Source: the human T2T-CHM13v2.0 reference genome, Homo sapiens. From it: a DNA stretch of 64,000 nt. Position numbers and translations under genes: made by a program. The notes below the pieces were generated by a model, which saw nothing but the letters and a program-made list of their open reading frames with translations, was not told the origin of the DNA and searched no databases. Each line of letters starts with the position of its first letter. The stretch's first letter is position 1. This document shows positions 13,436 to 27,508 of this stretch, piece by piece. The stretch is from NCBI RefSeq assembly GCF_009914755.1, contig NC_060925.1. One strand, given 5' to 3'.

Positions 13436-14731
13436 AATGCATAGCAAACCCACCTGTTTCCCCATTGCATGTGCAACCTGAGCCAGACAGAGACATGGGC
13501 GAGAAGCACGGAGTAACAGGATTTCAGAAGGAGCAAGGCTCTCCTCCTGTAGGACCCTCCATGACCCTCACAACCTGATGCAGGAGGAGAAAGAGCGCCC
13601 CCACATTCTCTTCTTGTGAAATCATAGCAGGAAGTGAGCAAGACAAGCGAAGAGAAGAAAAGGAACTTTTTAGATGAAGACGTCTCAGACACAAGATGGA
13701 CAGGGGCATCCTGAGAGTTCCTATGCACAGTGGTGGGGAGAGAACTGGGGTGGAGAACACCATTCAGCCATTAGACCTCACTGGGGAGGAAGAGGCGTCC
13801 GGAAGAATAAAGCAGAAAATTGTCCTCAAAAGGTCAAACGTTTTCTCTCACTTTGCAAAGCCTGAGGTTTTTGATTTCTCAGTGGACAACTAATTCACTT
13901 TCAGACAGCCCTCTGCTTGTTGAATTCCCACCAAGAGACGTGAACGGCTATTTCAATTTGTGTTTGAATTAATGCCCTCATTCAGGAGAGATGGCAGGTC
14001 CGAGGCAGCCAGTGCTAAACGGTGAGAACTAACGTTCCTCCACTGACTCAGTAGGCTGTGCTGTCACAGGTCAAGGTATAAGTTCTGCTGTCTCCAGAGG
14101 GTAACAGAACCTTCCAGATCCACCATCCTGGTGTACTTAGGACACAGACTTTGGTGAAACAAATGTCTTGAGTCCATTTGTATTACTGGAAAACCTGGTT
14201 GCTACTGGAACAAGAAAAGAAAAATTAAAGAGTAGGGGGCTTAACTAGTCCCCATACCCCCAAGAACACCCAACCCTAGAGGAAGTCCAGTAGATCTACT
14301 CATGCCATGAAAGGAGAGACCATGCTGGAGGGTCAGCTCCAGATAGCAAGTCCATATCAGGGCTGGGAGTGTTTGCAGCTGTTATGAACCAGAAGATGGA
14401 AGAGTTCCAAACTCTTTGGAGCCTTAAGTGCAGAGCCCACATGATCACCGCAGGTGTTTGGAGGGTGCGTTCTTAGGGAGGCCACTTGCATGGAGCTGGA
14501 GTTGATGTCATGAGGGTGTTAACTACCCTCTCTTCCTGCTTAGCTGCTGGCATTTCTCCCTCTCACTACAGTTGGCACCATTGGTTATCACAGAGGAGAC
14601 ACCAAAGGACAAAGAGAAGCAGCTCTTGGTGTGGGCTGGCTCTCCCAACTCTCCAACTCTGCAATGCAGTTCAATTGTTCACATTCTTCAGCTGGGATCT
14701 AGAGGCTGCATTCCTAGACAGAGGACTGAGG

Positions 14732-15092
14732 TGATATGGTTTGGCTGTGTCCTCACCCAAACCTCATCTTGAATTGTAATCCCATAATCTCCACATGTCG
14801 TGGGAGGGACCTGGTGGGAGGTAATTGAATCATGGTAGTGGTTTCTCCTATGCTGCTCTCATGATAGTGAGTGAGTTCTCATGAGATCTGATGGTTTTAT
14901 AAGCGTGTGTCATTTCCCCTACAGGCCCTCATTCTCTCTCTTGCTGCCCTGCGAAGAGGTGCCTTCCGCCATGATTGTAAATTTCCTGAGGCCTCCCAAT
15001 TCATATGGAACTGAGTCAATTAAACCTATTTTCTTTATAAATTACCCAGTCTCAAATATTTCTTCATAACAGCATGAGAATGGACTAATACA
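14732..15092 (+). mobile_element. THE1C-like solo LTR
   Basis: Termini tgatatggtttggctgtgtc...ggactaataca; perfect TSD tgagg/tgagg. Confidence 0.95.
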
Positions 15093-16020
15093 TGAGGCAA
15101 GCCACAAATTCAAAGCTGCTGCCCGACCATCCATGCTCCCTTCTGGAAAGCCATGGTGGCTTATACGTAACAGAAATCTTAATTAAAAAGGGAAGAAAAG
15201 CAGAGTTATTGGAGATCTCCCTGTGCAGTGCCCTGTGTCCTCACCCTCTGAGCCTCACACTCCTTTACTCTTTCCAGTTCTGCCTTTCTTAACTTGAAAT
15301 CCCAAGAAGGAAGTTCTGTAACTATAGAGTCTTGACGAAGTCATCCACGTCCCCCATAAATTTTCGGGGCCATTTTTCATGCCATGAAGGTTGTTTCATG
15401 ATCACTGCCTGGCTTTATTGCCAGCTTGGAGTGTTTGCTGGGTAAGAAGGAAGCCAGATAAATCACTGAAGATGCAGCCTCATTACCATGTGACATTTAA
15501 GGGTAATTTATCCCCAACATCACACCACTTCTCGCTGTGGAAATAGCATTGTCGGTCATCTCAGTCTTTGCCACTACCACGACTGTGCCAAGAGAATGGA
15601 AATAAATTGATCCAGCTGACTTCTCTGTGCATTTTTATTGCCTATTTATCAATGCAAGTGAGGAATAATACACATAGAATTGCTTATGGGCCCTGGAATG
15701 GGGGCGGAGCAGGGGAGGAGGGAGAGTTTCCCAAACTTTTAGAGAATGCAGCCTTGAAGAGAGAAGATGGTGGCCTTTGACCACACCAAAGAGGCAACCA
15801 GAGTCTTAAGTCCATTTCTTGTTTGACTTTTTATAGGATAGTTGTTACAAACTGTGAGCATGAAACCCCTTTTTCCCAGCTTTTAGGGGGATGCTATCGT
15901 CCCTCACACAGGATCAGTCCCCTCCTTGAGATTACCTACCAAACTTAAATGCAGCAGAATTTTTGCTCATCTGACTTTTGTAGCCGATTAGGTCTCCTTC
16001 AAGACCTAGTTGTCCACACT

Positions 16021-16050
16021 TGTGTGTGTGTGTGTGCGCGCGTGCGTGTG
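16021..16050. repeat. (TG)n/(CG)n alternating purine-pyrimidine microsatellite
   Basis: tgtgtgtgtgtgtgtgcgcgcgtgcgtgtg. Confidence 0.9.
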
Positions 16051-19000
16051 TTCCCACAACTCACATGTAATTTTATGACTGTTAATATGCCCCCCTCCAG
16101 CTAGATAGTGTGCTCACTGAAGTCAGGAACCAATCTTCATTCCGTGTGTATTCTCCAGGTAAAACTGGTACATGCCATATTGAGAAAGAGGTTTTAGGTT
16201 ACTTTAACAAACCCTACCAAAAACCTTACCCAAGTGAAACCAGGGCTGCAAACATCCAACAATGCAGAACTGATTGGGAAAGAAAGGAAGAAAGAGACAG
16301 TTCAGGAAAGGAGGGGACTTCACTCAGGGGAGAGTCCCAGTAGAGAAAAATGCCAATTGACTGCACCAATTAGTAGAGAATGATTATCTTTATTATAATA
16401 CAATGAGTCACTGTGTTTCTCTGCAGTGACTCCCTCCAGTGGTTTGGTTCACGTTCAGTTCTTGTCTCGCAGTCACTCATGAGTGGTGGCATTTGTCAGG
16501 AAGCACAGCCCAGGTCAGCTTCCTCTGCTGAGCTCCAGGGTGCTTCTTCAGAACTGCTCTGGAGACTCCCTGCTGTCTGTACACTTGGATTAGCCCCAGA
16601 GGGCCACGGACTCTACATGGCAAACAAGCTCTCTGGGTATCACAGCTCCTGCTTGGGCTTAAGGTCAGATGATGCTGGATCTGAATCTTGTTTCTTTCCA
16701 TCCCCACCCCAGGGGTCTTCCAAAAGTCCTGGTCAGTAAGCTCATTAAACCTAGAGCTCCCTCTTCTGTGAAAGGGGAAGGAAATAGCTCCCTCCTGGGG
16801 CTACTGGGGAGACTCCAGGAGACAAAGCCTGAGAAAAACACAGGCACAGCAGCCTCCAGAGGACCTGCTCAGCACACAGTGTGGGAGCACCCTTAGGATG
16901 CCAGGCTTTGAATCTAAAGCTTGTGTCATAGCCCAGGGTAACTGTCTAACTTACTTCTCCAGCCTGATCTTCCTCTTGACCTCTGTGTAAGAGGCTATTG
17001 GACCACTTTAACACCTTGTGATTGCATTTTCCTTCTGTATTATTGGCTCCATTCTTATCACAAATGAGAATTGGCTTAGAGCATCCTTTTGTTGCAATGT
17101 GAGGATGGCAGGCATTGCTGTTCCATGGAGCAATCACTTAGGCTGGGTGCTGAGTCAAGCTGAGCACACGGAGATTCAAGGAGTGGGCAAAAAGCCCCAG
17201 CTAGTGCCCAAAGCTGGTGGAAGAGAAGCAGGTTACCTGGAGGTTCAGGAGCTGAATGCAGCCAGGAGTGACATGCATTTTTAGGAAGCCCTTATCATCC
17301 CCAGACCTGGGGATTTCAGACCAAGTTGGGGGCTGCTACCCAAGAACCAGTAAGAGGAGTCAGCGAATGAATAGAAACTTCCTCTGCCCAGATGCAAGGC
17401 ACAAACAGCTCCAAGAAGGACTAGTGACAGGCACAAGGAGCCCACAGATGCACCGGACCCCATTGTGGGTTTGTATTTCCAAGGGTGAAATAAGAGTGGA
17501 AACCCAGCTAAGGGAAATTAATTAAAACAGCATATCTTTAACTATATTTTTCTGTGGAAGTGGATCCAAGTCCAGGGAGTTATGAAGCGGTAGATAATTG
17601 CATTGGGGGAACATGGGGAACTTGTAATTTAATGAAGGGATGGCCAAGTGGGACTTGGGGAAGAGGGGCGGCCCAACACTAGCAAGCATAGAGCAAGGAG
17701 CGGGAAATTCTATGCCGAGTAACCCGAGAGAGCCTCAGTCATGTCACAGAGTGACTCATTTGTAAAGCAGTAAGTGTAGACAAGGGATGTTGTCCCAAAA
17801 CAATTGTTTCCCCTTAATCTCTGCCTGCCAAATTGTCATGGTTTGTGCTCAGTTCCACCCCATCAGCTCAATGTTGTCACAGAATCAAAGACATTTACAT
17901 AACAACCCAGCATGGGTTCACAGATGGGGAAACCCTGGGAAGGACGAGACCTCTTAGGGTCACCCTGGAAGGTCCCGGCAGCCCTGACAGCAGAACCCAA
18001 GCCTCTGGATTTGCATTCGTCCTAGTAATTATTCAGTGCTTGCTGTATCCCCCGACACCATTAAGCCTCAGGGTTAGATGGCTAACTAAGGTATGGCTGA
18101 TACCCTCGGGGTGGGGACTTGCTTACAGAATTTTGGGGATGACAAATGAAGAACCCGCCACCTGCGGTGCAGCCCTGGTCCTAGATGCAATATCCAACAG
18201 GGAGAAGCATGTTTGAGTCCTCAGGGAACCTCACTCGCAGGCCAGGGAAGAGGCAGTGGCCCCACCACAGGCAGATTTATTCACCCTCTTTCAAATAAAA
18301 GGACAGCACAGAGCATCCCGGGGGTCAGAAAACAAGCATTAGCGAGTGCTCTCTGGTGGCAAGGAGCACACATATGCTGGCAGCTTGGAGGCAGTGTGAT
18401 GCCCTGCCCGGGGAGGTGGAGGCAGCACACAGACAGCAGCTCTGAGAGCAAACCACGCAGGTGACAGGGCCCGGGGCAAACTACAGGGTCATGTCTCATG
18501 CACAAAGCTGAATTGGTGCAGGAAGAACCTAATACAATATTAACTCCAGGAAGCCGGGAGGTGAAAAAAATTACCCAGAATTACAGACTCGCTTTCCCAT
18601 CAGCCCTGCCTGGGGCCCTTCCTTGGAGACCCTGGCTGCGTCCACTGCCCTCTGCTGTCAGGTCCACCCATTCCCGGTACCCTTCAGTGCCCTATGGCCC
18701 TTGTAGGCATTCCCTAACGGAGCCGATGACTGTCCCCAGATTGAATCTCAGCCTGGCTGGTGATGGCCCAGAGCTCTCAGCTCAGGTGTCCAATCCCAGG
18801 TCTTTTTTAGCCAAGCAGAGACCTGCAGGGACTTCTCCAGGGAGGGTGGGGGTTGGGCAGTGGTTAGATTGTGTGCACAGTGGGGCATTCCCAGGTGCAA
18901 AGTGCCCAGTAAGGCCTGCCCTTGCTCCACTCTTGCAAGCGTCCTCTCTCATTTTCAGACTGCTTGCCACCGAAGGACAAACAGTGCCTTGGTGCTGGGC

Positions 19001-19304
19001 CTTGCATGGCTGTGCCCAAGTAAGGTGGGGGTCCCCTGCACGCCCCTCACCCTCAAACCTGGGTGGGCTGCTCACCCTGACTGCTCAAACTCTCTCTCCA
19101 GTCAAAGCCGCCCAACTTCATGGGCACTGGCCCAGCCAGCCCTACTGAGCCCAGGCAGCAGGGCTCTCCCTGGGGCTCCTGAGAGGCCGTCCGCACATCT
19201 GTGCCAGCCTCACTGCTCCTCTCCAAGACCCCAGGATCCTAGGTCAGCACCACCCACTATGGTGGGTGAGAGGCCTGGTGGCTGTGGCTGCCAGAAACTC
19301 CCTC

Positions 19305-19670
19305 TGTGATGGTTAATTTTATGTCTACTTGAATAGGCCACGGGACCCAAATATTTGGTCAAATACCAGTCTAGCTGTTGCTATGAGAATATGTTTTACA
19401 TGCAATTAACATTCAAACCAGCAGCCTTTGAGGAAACCAGATGACCTTCCATCATGTGGGTGGGTTGTCCAACCTGTGGAAGGCCTGAGAGCAAAGGCTG
19501 AGATCTCCCTAAGAGGACGGAGTTCTCCCTGCAGTCTCTGCCTTGGGACTGCAGCTGCAGTGTCAACTCATCCCCAGGTCCCCAGCCTGCCAGCCTGCCC
19601 TGAACACATGCCCTGTGGGGACTTGCCAGCCCCAACATCGTGCGAGCCGATTATTTAAAATAAATCTCTT

Positions 19671-19734
<64 letters not shown>

Positions 19735-19780
19735 ATCCTATTACTTCTGTTTTTCTGGAGCTAATACCCTGGCTAATACA
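19305..19780 (+). mobile_element. MLT2B-like ERVL solo LTR containing a (CT)n(CA)n microsatellite at about 19670-19731
   Basis: tgtgatggttaattttatg...ggctaataca; perfect TSD ccctc/ccctc. Confidence 0.92.
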
Positions 19781-20119
19781 CCCTCCATTCTTCTTCCCAA
19801 GAGCAAAGTCCTTGTGTATCCAGAAGCGTGGGTCATCAGGAGGGATTTTCTCTGAAGGCACATTCGGGCTCCCCCTAGCTTTAGGTTCACTAAGGCCTCT
19901 CAGTAAAAGCAAACCATCACCCCTGACTAGGGACCTATCAGGAGCCACCATGTGCACCAGGTGCCTCGTGTGTGGGATTGCACCTGATGCTACAGCAGGC
20001 TTAGGGTTGGCCACTCATCACTCCCATTTCACAGACCGGGCATGGATATGGGTGGGGCCCGACTCTCTCCTAAGCAACAGGACACAGCGAAGGAGACGGG
20101 GGGGTCGCTTCTGTGTTTA

Positions 20120-20440
20120 CACTTCGTTATGCAAGACCCCCTCCCAGCAGGCCTGTGTGAGAGGCCCACTGAAGCAATGACCAGGTGCGAACTGCCCCTG
20201 GAGCGGCCCGTGGGCAGGGAATGCAGGTGTCTCCAGGAGCTGAGTCCCCAGTCCTGACATCCACAGGAACAGGACGTGAATTCTGCCCACTACCTGACTG
20301 AGCGTGAAACTGAGTCTTCCCCTACTCAGCCCTTCGGATGAAAGCATGGCCCACCTCACATCTGGCTTCACCCTCCGAGACCCTGAGCACAGGACCGAGC
20401 CAAGCCCTTGCTGGACCCCTGGCCCACAGATACGGACAGA
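20120..20440 (+). mobile_element. MLT1 (E/F-like) LTR fragment
   Basis: gtgaattctgccca...gagaccctgagcacaggac...ggacccctggcccacaga. Confidence 0.65.
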
Positions 20441-22117
20441 TGAGAAAGAAGGGTGGTTGGAAGCTGCTCCCAAGCCTGGCATTGCCATGCTGCCCACATG
20501 CTTCCCTACCCAACAACTCAGCCCTGGGAACGTTCACGGAGTCAGCAGAATGGCCCTGGGAATGGGTGGGCCGTTGCTTAGTTCTTTATTCTCCCTTCTC
20601 CCCAGGGAGAGGGAGGCTTTGTGTCTGTCCTGCTCCCTGCTGCGCCCTCAGACCTAGAAGAGAACTGGCACTTGGAGCACAAGCAATATTTGGAGCATAA
20701 CTGAATGAAGCAAATCTAAGGGACAAACAGAACCAACGCAGTGTGTGGATGGGGCTTGGACCAGGACCTCAGCAGTCGTTGGTGAGAGAGGAAGAAAAGT
20801 GACAGATGGTCACTTTTTTTGAATAAAACCAGCAGAACCCTTTCTGGAGAGGGGTTCAGAGAATGGGCCGGGCCCCTTGTGGGTCCTCGGGAGTGGGGAA
20901 GAACTTAGGACGAGTGCCAGGGTTCAGGCCAAGTCGTGTTCTTTGCTACATCCACATCATTAGCAGCTCAGCTTTGAGGCTTCTGAAGAGCTTGGTTTCC
21001 TGGAGAAAGGCCCTGCCATCAGTCCAGTTGCTGAGACATCTATCAAGGTCTGCAGCTCTGCTGGGCTCTCCATCCCATTTTGAAATTATTTAAGATGGGA
21101 AAAGGGAATACAGTGCAAACATCTTTGGGTAGATTTTGAGTAGTCCGAAAGAAGCAAGTCGAGTCGAAACCTACACTGTCAATACCTCCAGTTCTCACTG
21201 CACTGTGTCCACGATGGGATGACCCCGGAAATACCATTTTGCTTTGATGAAAAGCAGGGCTGAGTGCCGGGCCTCTGAACCTCACCTGCCTGCCCGCCTT
21301 GCCTCTCCTCTACTCCACGTCGTGAGGAGCCCATTTCTCCCACTCCCGTTCTGATGCTGTCCATGGCACTCCTGGCAACCCAGGGGCAGATGCGGAGGCT
21401 TTGCCCGGGGCACTCCTGCATCGGGCCCAGTTTGGACATCTCTGTTCCTCTCTGCCATGTGCTTCCCAGGGAGCGAGCATGAGTGTTCCCTGGCTTCCTC
21501 TCAGCTGAACAGGACTAACAAACCCAGCCTGCTGCCCAAACTAACAAACCCAGCCTGCTTAACATATGAGAAGAAGCATCTTTAATGAAATCTTTGCTGC
21601 CTGGTCCCTGCCAGTTCCCACTCTGCACAGATGTTGGCCTCACTGTCCTCCTGGAAGCTTCCATCGTGCCCTGGTTATCGGAGCCCTGCCCTGCCGCCTG
21701 GCACAGCCTGCCCTCCCACCTCCTGTGGCTTCCTCTTCCATGAAAGCATGTGTCCCAACAAACTGTTCCAACAGACAAGCAAGAAGATCATCGGAAGGAT
21801 ACAATTAAGAGATTAATTCCAACACAGACTGAAGGACCTAATTTTCCTCACTCAAGCATTAAGTGAATGTCCAAAAAAACCCTGTTAAGAGGAGACAGCC
21901 AATTTATATTTTAATCAGCTTTAATGAAAAGGATCAAAGATGCACTGAGAGGTACCCAGTTTCCATCAACCTACAAGGTACTCTTGGCCAATTCACCTTT
22001 AATGTTCCACCTGGAAAATTCTAAAGTAGAATTTTCCTGTATTCAGATCTTCCTTCCTTTTTTCCCCCACTTCCTTCTCTGGCATAATTTCCCCATGAAA
22101 TTAGGTCAAGACGTATG

Positions 22118-22125
22118 CATGTGCG

Positions 22126-22156
<31 letters not shown>
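22118..22156. repeat. (TG)n microsatellite
   Basis: Direct TG repeat run. Confidence 0.9.
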
Positions 22157-22505
22157 TGGTTTATTGCTCATGAAAGCAGATTTGAATTTCTTTTAAGAGT
22201 GTAGCCAATTCTCTCATTATCCAACTCAGTTTCCTTTAGAGCCTGCTAAATCATGGACATGCTGCTATGCTAGGCCTCCCAGGTCAAGCCACAAACCCTG
22301 CCACTTGGGATTCAGCCAGTTCAGAAGCCTTCTCAAAGCAAGCTCAACCTTAAAGAGCAGCGAGCAATGCCTCCCTCCAGAAGGCAGCAGATCTCCAAAA
22401 GCTACTGGTCACTGCTGTCTTGGTTTCTGTCTTGGGGAAGTGAATACAATTCCTCTTTAGAGGAAAAGAAGAGCCAGCCCCCTTGGGGACTGTGGCATGA
22501 CATAA

Positions 22506-23283
<778 letters not shown>

Positions 23284-23329
23284 TGACTGCATTCCACAGC
23301 TTGCCGTGAACCACGGCCATGCAGCAGCA

Positions 23330-23500
23330 CCACCTTGGGCATGGCTGGGTATACAAAATGAATCAGACATAAATCTCTCCTCCTGGAGCTCACACACTCC
23401 AAGGGGAGATATTAGACAAGCATAAATAATTCATAAGCAGTAAGTGGGAAGTGCTGGAAGAGAGGCCCAGGTAAAGTGCTTTGTAGGGCAGAGGAGGACA
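23330..23500 (-). mobile_element. L2 fragment
   Basis: aaaatgaatcagacata...ctcctggagctcacac...aggggaga. Confidence 0.65.
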
Positions 23501-23529
23501 AACATGAGGATGGGCCTACTACCTCTCTG

Positions 23530-24046
23530 GCAAAACCTTCCAGAAGCTTCTTATCACACAGCAAAAGCCAAAGTCTTAAGTGACCTGTGAGGCCACTTGT
23601 CCTACTCCCTGTTACTCCTCTGACCTCCCACTACTTTCCCCACACACTTTGGCCTCCTTCCTATGACGCAAAAGCCAGACACATTCCCACCTCAGGGCCT
23701 TTGCACTTGCTGCTCACTCTGTAGGGAAGCCTCTTTGCCCTGAGACCAGCACGCCCATCTGCAGCCTCTGCAAACTTTGACTTGGCAAGGCCTTCCTCAA
23801 CCATCCCGCAGGAAATCAGTCCTCCTGCCAGGCACCACCTCCTCCACCTGTCCCTGTCACACCTCCTCTGGGTCACTTACTCCTGTGTATCTTGCTTCTT
23901 TATTTTGTTGGTTGTTTGCCACCTTCTGCTAGAATTCAAACTGTGAAAACAGGGACTTCAGTTTATCCACTGCTGTTTCCCAGTGCCAAGAACAGTACTT
24001 GGGGCAGAGTAAAAGCTCAGTGAATAGTTGTAGAATTAATGGATGA
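23530..24046 (+). mobile_element. L2a 3' end
   Basis: cccacctcagggcctttgcacttgctg...cagggact...cccagtgcc.agaacagt...ctcagtgaatagttg. Confidence 0.85.
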
Positions 24047-24189
24047 TCCCTTTGTTGGTTGGGTTGATCACCTCCCAGAAAGGATGCTGGAGGGAAGATG
24101 GTTTGCTGAGAAATCCAGATGGAATCTCAAGGACAAATGATAAAGAGACCACATCATCGGCAATATACTGAAGTCTACTTAGAATATAA

Positions 24190-24370
24190 GCTGGGTGCAA
24201 GTACCCACTCAGCCACTGACTGCAGCAGCCATGCAGGTAATTCGGCTTAGCCGCACCTGGGCTTCCTCATCTGTGAAAGTATGGTATTTCGAGAACCAGC
24301 ATGGTAGGGTTTTATTAGACAATGGTATAAAGCACACAGGGCAGCACTCAACATCAGCCGTCATCACCGT
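24190..24370 (+). mobile_element. MIR SINE
   Basis: cttcctcatctgtgaaa core. Confidence 0.6.
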
Positions 24371-25165
24371 TGACCCTCTAACCAGAGTTTTATTGTCACT
24401 TCCATCTCGAGACTTTATTTTGTGCCTTGATGAATGGAAATTACCATGGAGATTGAAACAAATCTACTTTTAAGTGCTGGCCACTGACTGTGCACAGGTC
24501 TTGATTGCCAGATCTCTGTGCAGCAAATGCAGATGGCTGCTTTTAAAGGAGATGGCCTGTCTCCTGTGAGGCAAGGGTCCTGGGGGTTAGGGGGTTCCTT
24601 GTGTGGGAGAAGCAGAGGTCTGCAGCTCAGGCATCTTTGATTTCTGCAAATTCCATGTAGGTCCATAGGACACATTAGGAAACTGGACAAGAAAGGGACT
24701 TCTTGGTCTTGCAGTTCCCTACAGAAATTATTATTCATTATTAGTAGTTGTCGTATTTGTGACTAGCACACCTGTGCTATTCTAGAACTATGTAGGAAAA
24801 TCTCAGTATTTATATATCCCCAAACCCAAAGAGTTGACACATGGTTTAATATATAAAAATACGTAGACTTACAGGGACAAGAGTAAAGAATATGAAGTTG
24901 GAGCTCTAAAAGATTACTTTTATTTTAAAAAACAACTTTAGTGAGCTATTCTCATGTGACAGGGATATAATAAAAAACAAGGACAGACATAGCTCTAGTT
25001 GGAAAAGAGAAAGAAAGAGAGAATTAAGGAAGAGACAAAAAGAGAAAAATCAGCAGAAACTGACATATGATGCGACAATGCCGGCAGCTATGCTTGGCCT
25101 ATGATGGGGCTGGGGGTGCCCCTTTCAAGAGCTTCAGCCCAGATGGGCAGTCAGGGATCACCCCT

Positions 25166-25647
25166 GCTATGGGGTGAAGTGTGCCCCATCCCTAAATTCA
25201 TATGTGGGAGTCCTAACCAACAGTACCTCAGCATCGGACATTACTGGGAAATACAATCTTTGTAAGTAGATTGAGATAAGCTGAGTTCATACTGGAGCAG
25301 GTAAGACTCTAATGCAATATGACTGGTGTCCTTACAAAAAGGGAGAATGTAGACACAGACACATACACATGGAGGATGCCATGTGAAGACGAAGATAGAG
25401 ATCAGGGTGACGCGTCTGAAGCTCAAAGACTGTCAAAGCTTACGGCCAAAGCATTAGAAGCTGGAGAGGGGCCTGGACCAGGTTCTCCCTTGCAGCCTGG
25501 GGAGGAACCAACACTGTGGGCAGCTTGATCTTGGACTCCAAACCCCCAGAGCCGTGTGACAAGACATTTCTGTTGCTCAAGCCACTGGGTCTGTGGGTCT
25601 GTGGGTCTGTGGGACTTTGTTACAGCAGCCCCAGCAAAAGCCAACAG
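25166..25647 (+). mobile_element. MLT1B/C-like solo LTR
   Basis: tgctatggggtgaagtgtgcccc...aattcatatgt...gactggtgtccttac...ctttgttacagcagccc. Confidence 0.88.
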
Positions 25648-27146
25648 AAGAACCCCCTTGAAGAAGGGGCAGAAGGAGTGTGAGCCGGCAGATGAATGAG
25701 CATTAATTAGGCCAAGGAGGGAAGAAATAGGGATATAGTTCCAGAGAATCAGGACTGCGCTGGCCCTACAGAAGGGAGAGGCAGCAGGGACAGGGCCTGG
25801 AAAGGAAATCACTGTGGCCAGAACAGGGGGACTAGGGACAAGGTGGGAGAGGTGGTGGGGAAGGGGCCTGGAAAGGAAGTCACTGGCCAGAGCAGGGGGC
25901 TGGGGACAAGGTGGGAGAGGCACCTGGAGAGGTTGGTGGGGAGATTTGGTCTTCATCTGGATGCATCATTGAGGAGGTTGAGCCAAGTGCTGATGAGAAT
26001 GAGTTGGGCATGGAAGAGGCCCCCTCATTGTAGGTGGAGTCACACGGAGAGACCGAGAGGGGCCTGGTGTCGGTGCAGGGACCCCAGTGAGGATCCGCGC
26101 AGGACCATGAGTGATAGGCTGGGTGTTTAGACCAAATGGAGAGGAGTGGAGATTTTGGAGGTGTTTGGAGGGTAGAATCAGTACCCACTGACCATGGGTT
26201 AGAGGAGGGAATGAGGAAGGGAATGTTTCTGGCCTCTGCGGCACCATTTACAGGGTAAATAAATGAGGATGGAAGGGAGCACCAAGAGTCTGGATCTGGA
26301 AGCACTGAGCTGAGGTTGAGGTCACTTGGCAACACCCAAGGAGGCCCTGCAAGGAACGAGTTGGGTAGAAAACCCACAGTCCAGAGGGAGGGGTGGGGTG
26401 TTGTGTGGGTGGAAAGTATGGGCACGAATGAGATTGTTTAAGGATGGGGTACAGGGTGAGCAGCCCAGAGGGCCTAAAGGGAACTGAAAGGGACTCCTTT
26501 GTTTAATTCTGGCAACAGCAAGCCCAGCCTGCAAAGGAGACAGCAAGTCAAAGAGGACCCAGGAGGAACCTACATCAGAAGGAGGGCGTGTCCAGCAGAG
26601 CCGGCTGCCTTGGAAGAAGTCCATGGCTGAGCCCCTGGAAGGACGGAGTGGAACCATAGCATACACAAAGGAGTAAAAAGGAAGGGTGCCCTACAGGCAG
26701 GGGTGCAGGTCAGGGCTCAGCATGAGATGTGTCAGGCTCATGCTGCCTGGCATTCACATGGACCTGAGGAGGAAGGGATCAGATGGCAGCTCTAGGGTCA
26801 GAAGAAGTCCATCCAGAGCCGTGGCTGTGGAAGACATCAGTTTATAGATGCCATTTAAAGTCAGTGTTGGCACTGAAGAGTGAGAATGAGCAGAAAGGGA
26901 AGCTCGCAAGCCTGAGCCTTGGCACCCGCCATGACAAGAGGTCGTGTGGACAGGGAGGAGCCAGGAGAGGAGGTCACTGGGGGAAAAGGTGGGGAAAAGT
27001 CAGGTAGTAGTGGGTCCTAAATAGAAAGCTTGGGCAAGGTAAGAGAGATAACCACACCAGTAGGGTCCTAAGAGGGGTAGTGGGGGAAAGGTCAGAGGTA
27101 GCAAAACAGCAGGAGAAGACTGATTCTGAAAATCAAGTTAAAAAAG

Positions 27147-27425
27147 AGTGGTGGCTCTTGCCTGTAATGCCAGCACTTTGGGAGGCCAAGGCAGGCAGAT
27201 TGCTTGAGCCCAGGAGTTCAAGACCAGCCTGGACAACGATAGTGAGACTCCATGTCTACTAAAAATACAAAAATTAGCCAAACATGGACCCATAGTCTCA
27301 GTTACTTGGGAGGCTAAGGTGGGAGGATCACCTCGACCCAGGAAGTCAAGGCTGCAGTGAGCCATGGTCATGCCACTGCACTCCATCCTGGGTGACAGGA
27401 GTGAGACTTTGTCTCAAAAAAAAAA
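27147..27425 (+). mobile_element. AluJ
   Basis: J-type features ttgcttgagcccaggagttcaag, ggtgggaggatcac, gtcaaggctgcagtgagccat. Confidence 0.92.
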
Positions 27426-27508
27426 GTGTTTTCAGAAGGAAAAGCTCTTCTGTGTCAAACTCTGCTCCCCTGATCAATGAAAAATGATGAAGACTGAAGA
27501 CTCAACAT

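Noticed and set aside
18498-19148. Longest ORF in the window (216 aa)
   Set aside because: No recognisable domain; Pro/Ala/Leu-rich composition is typical of chance ORFs in GC-rich DNA, and overlapping frames are also open. PhyloCSF or BLASTP would be decisive.
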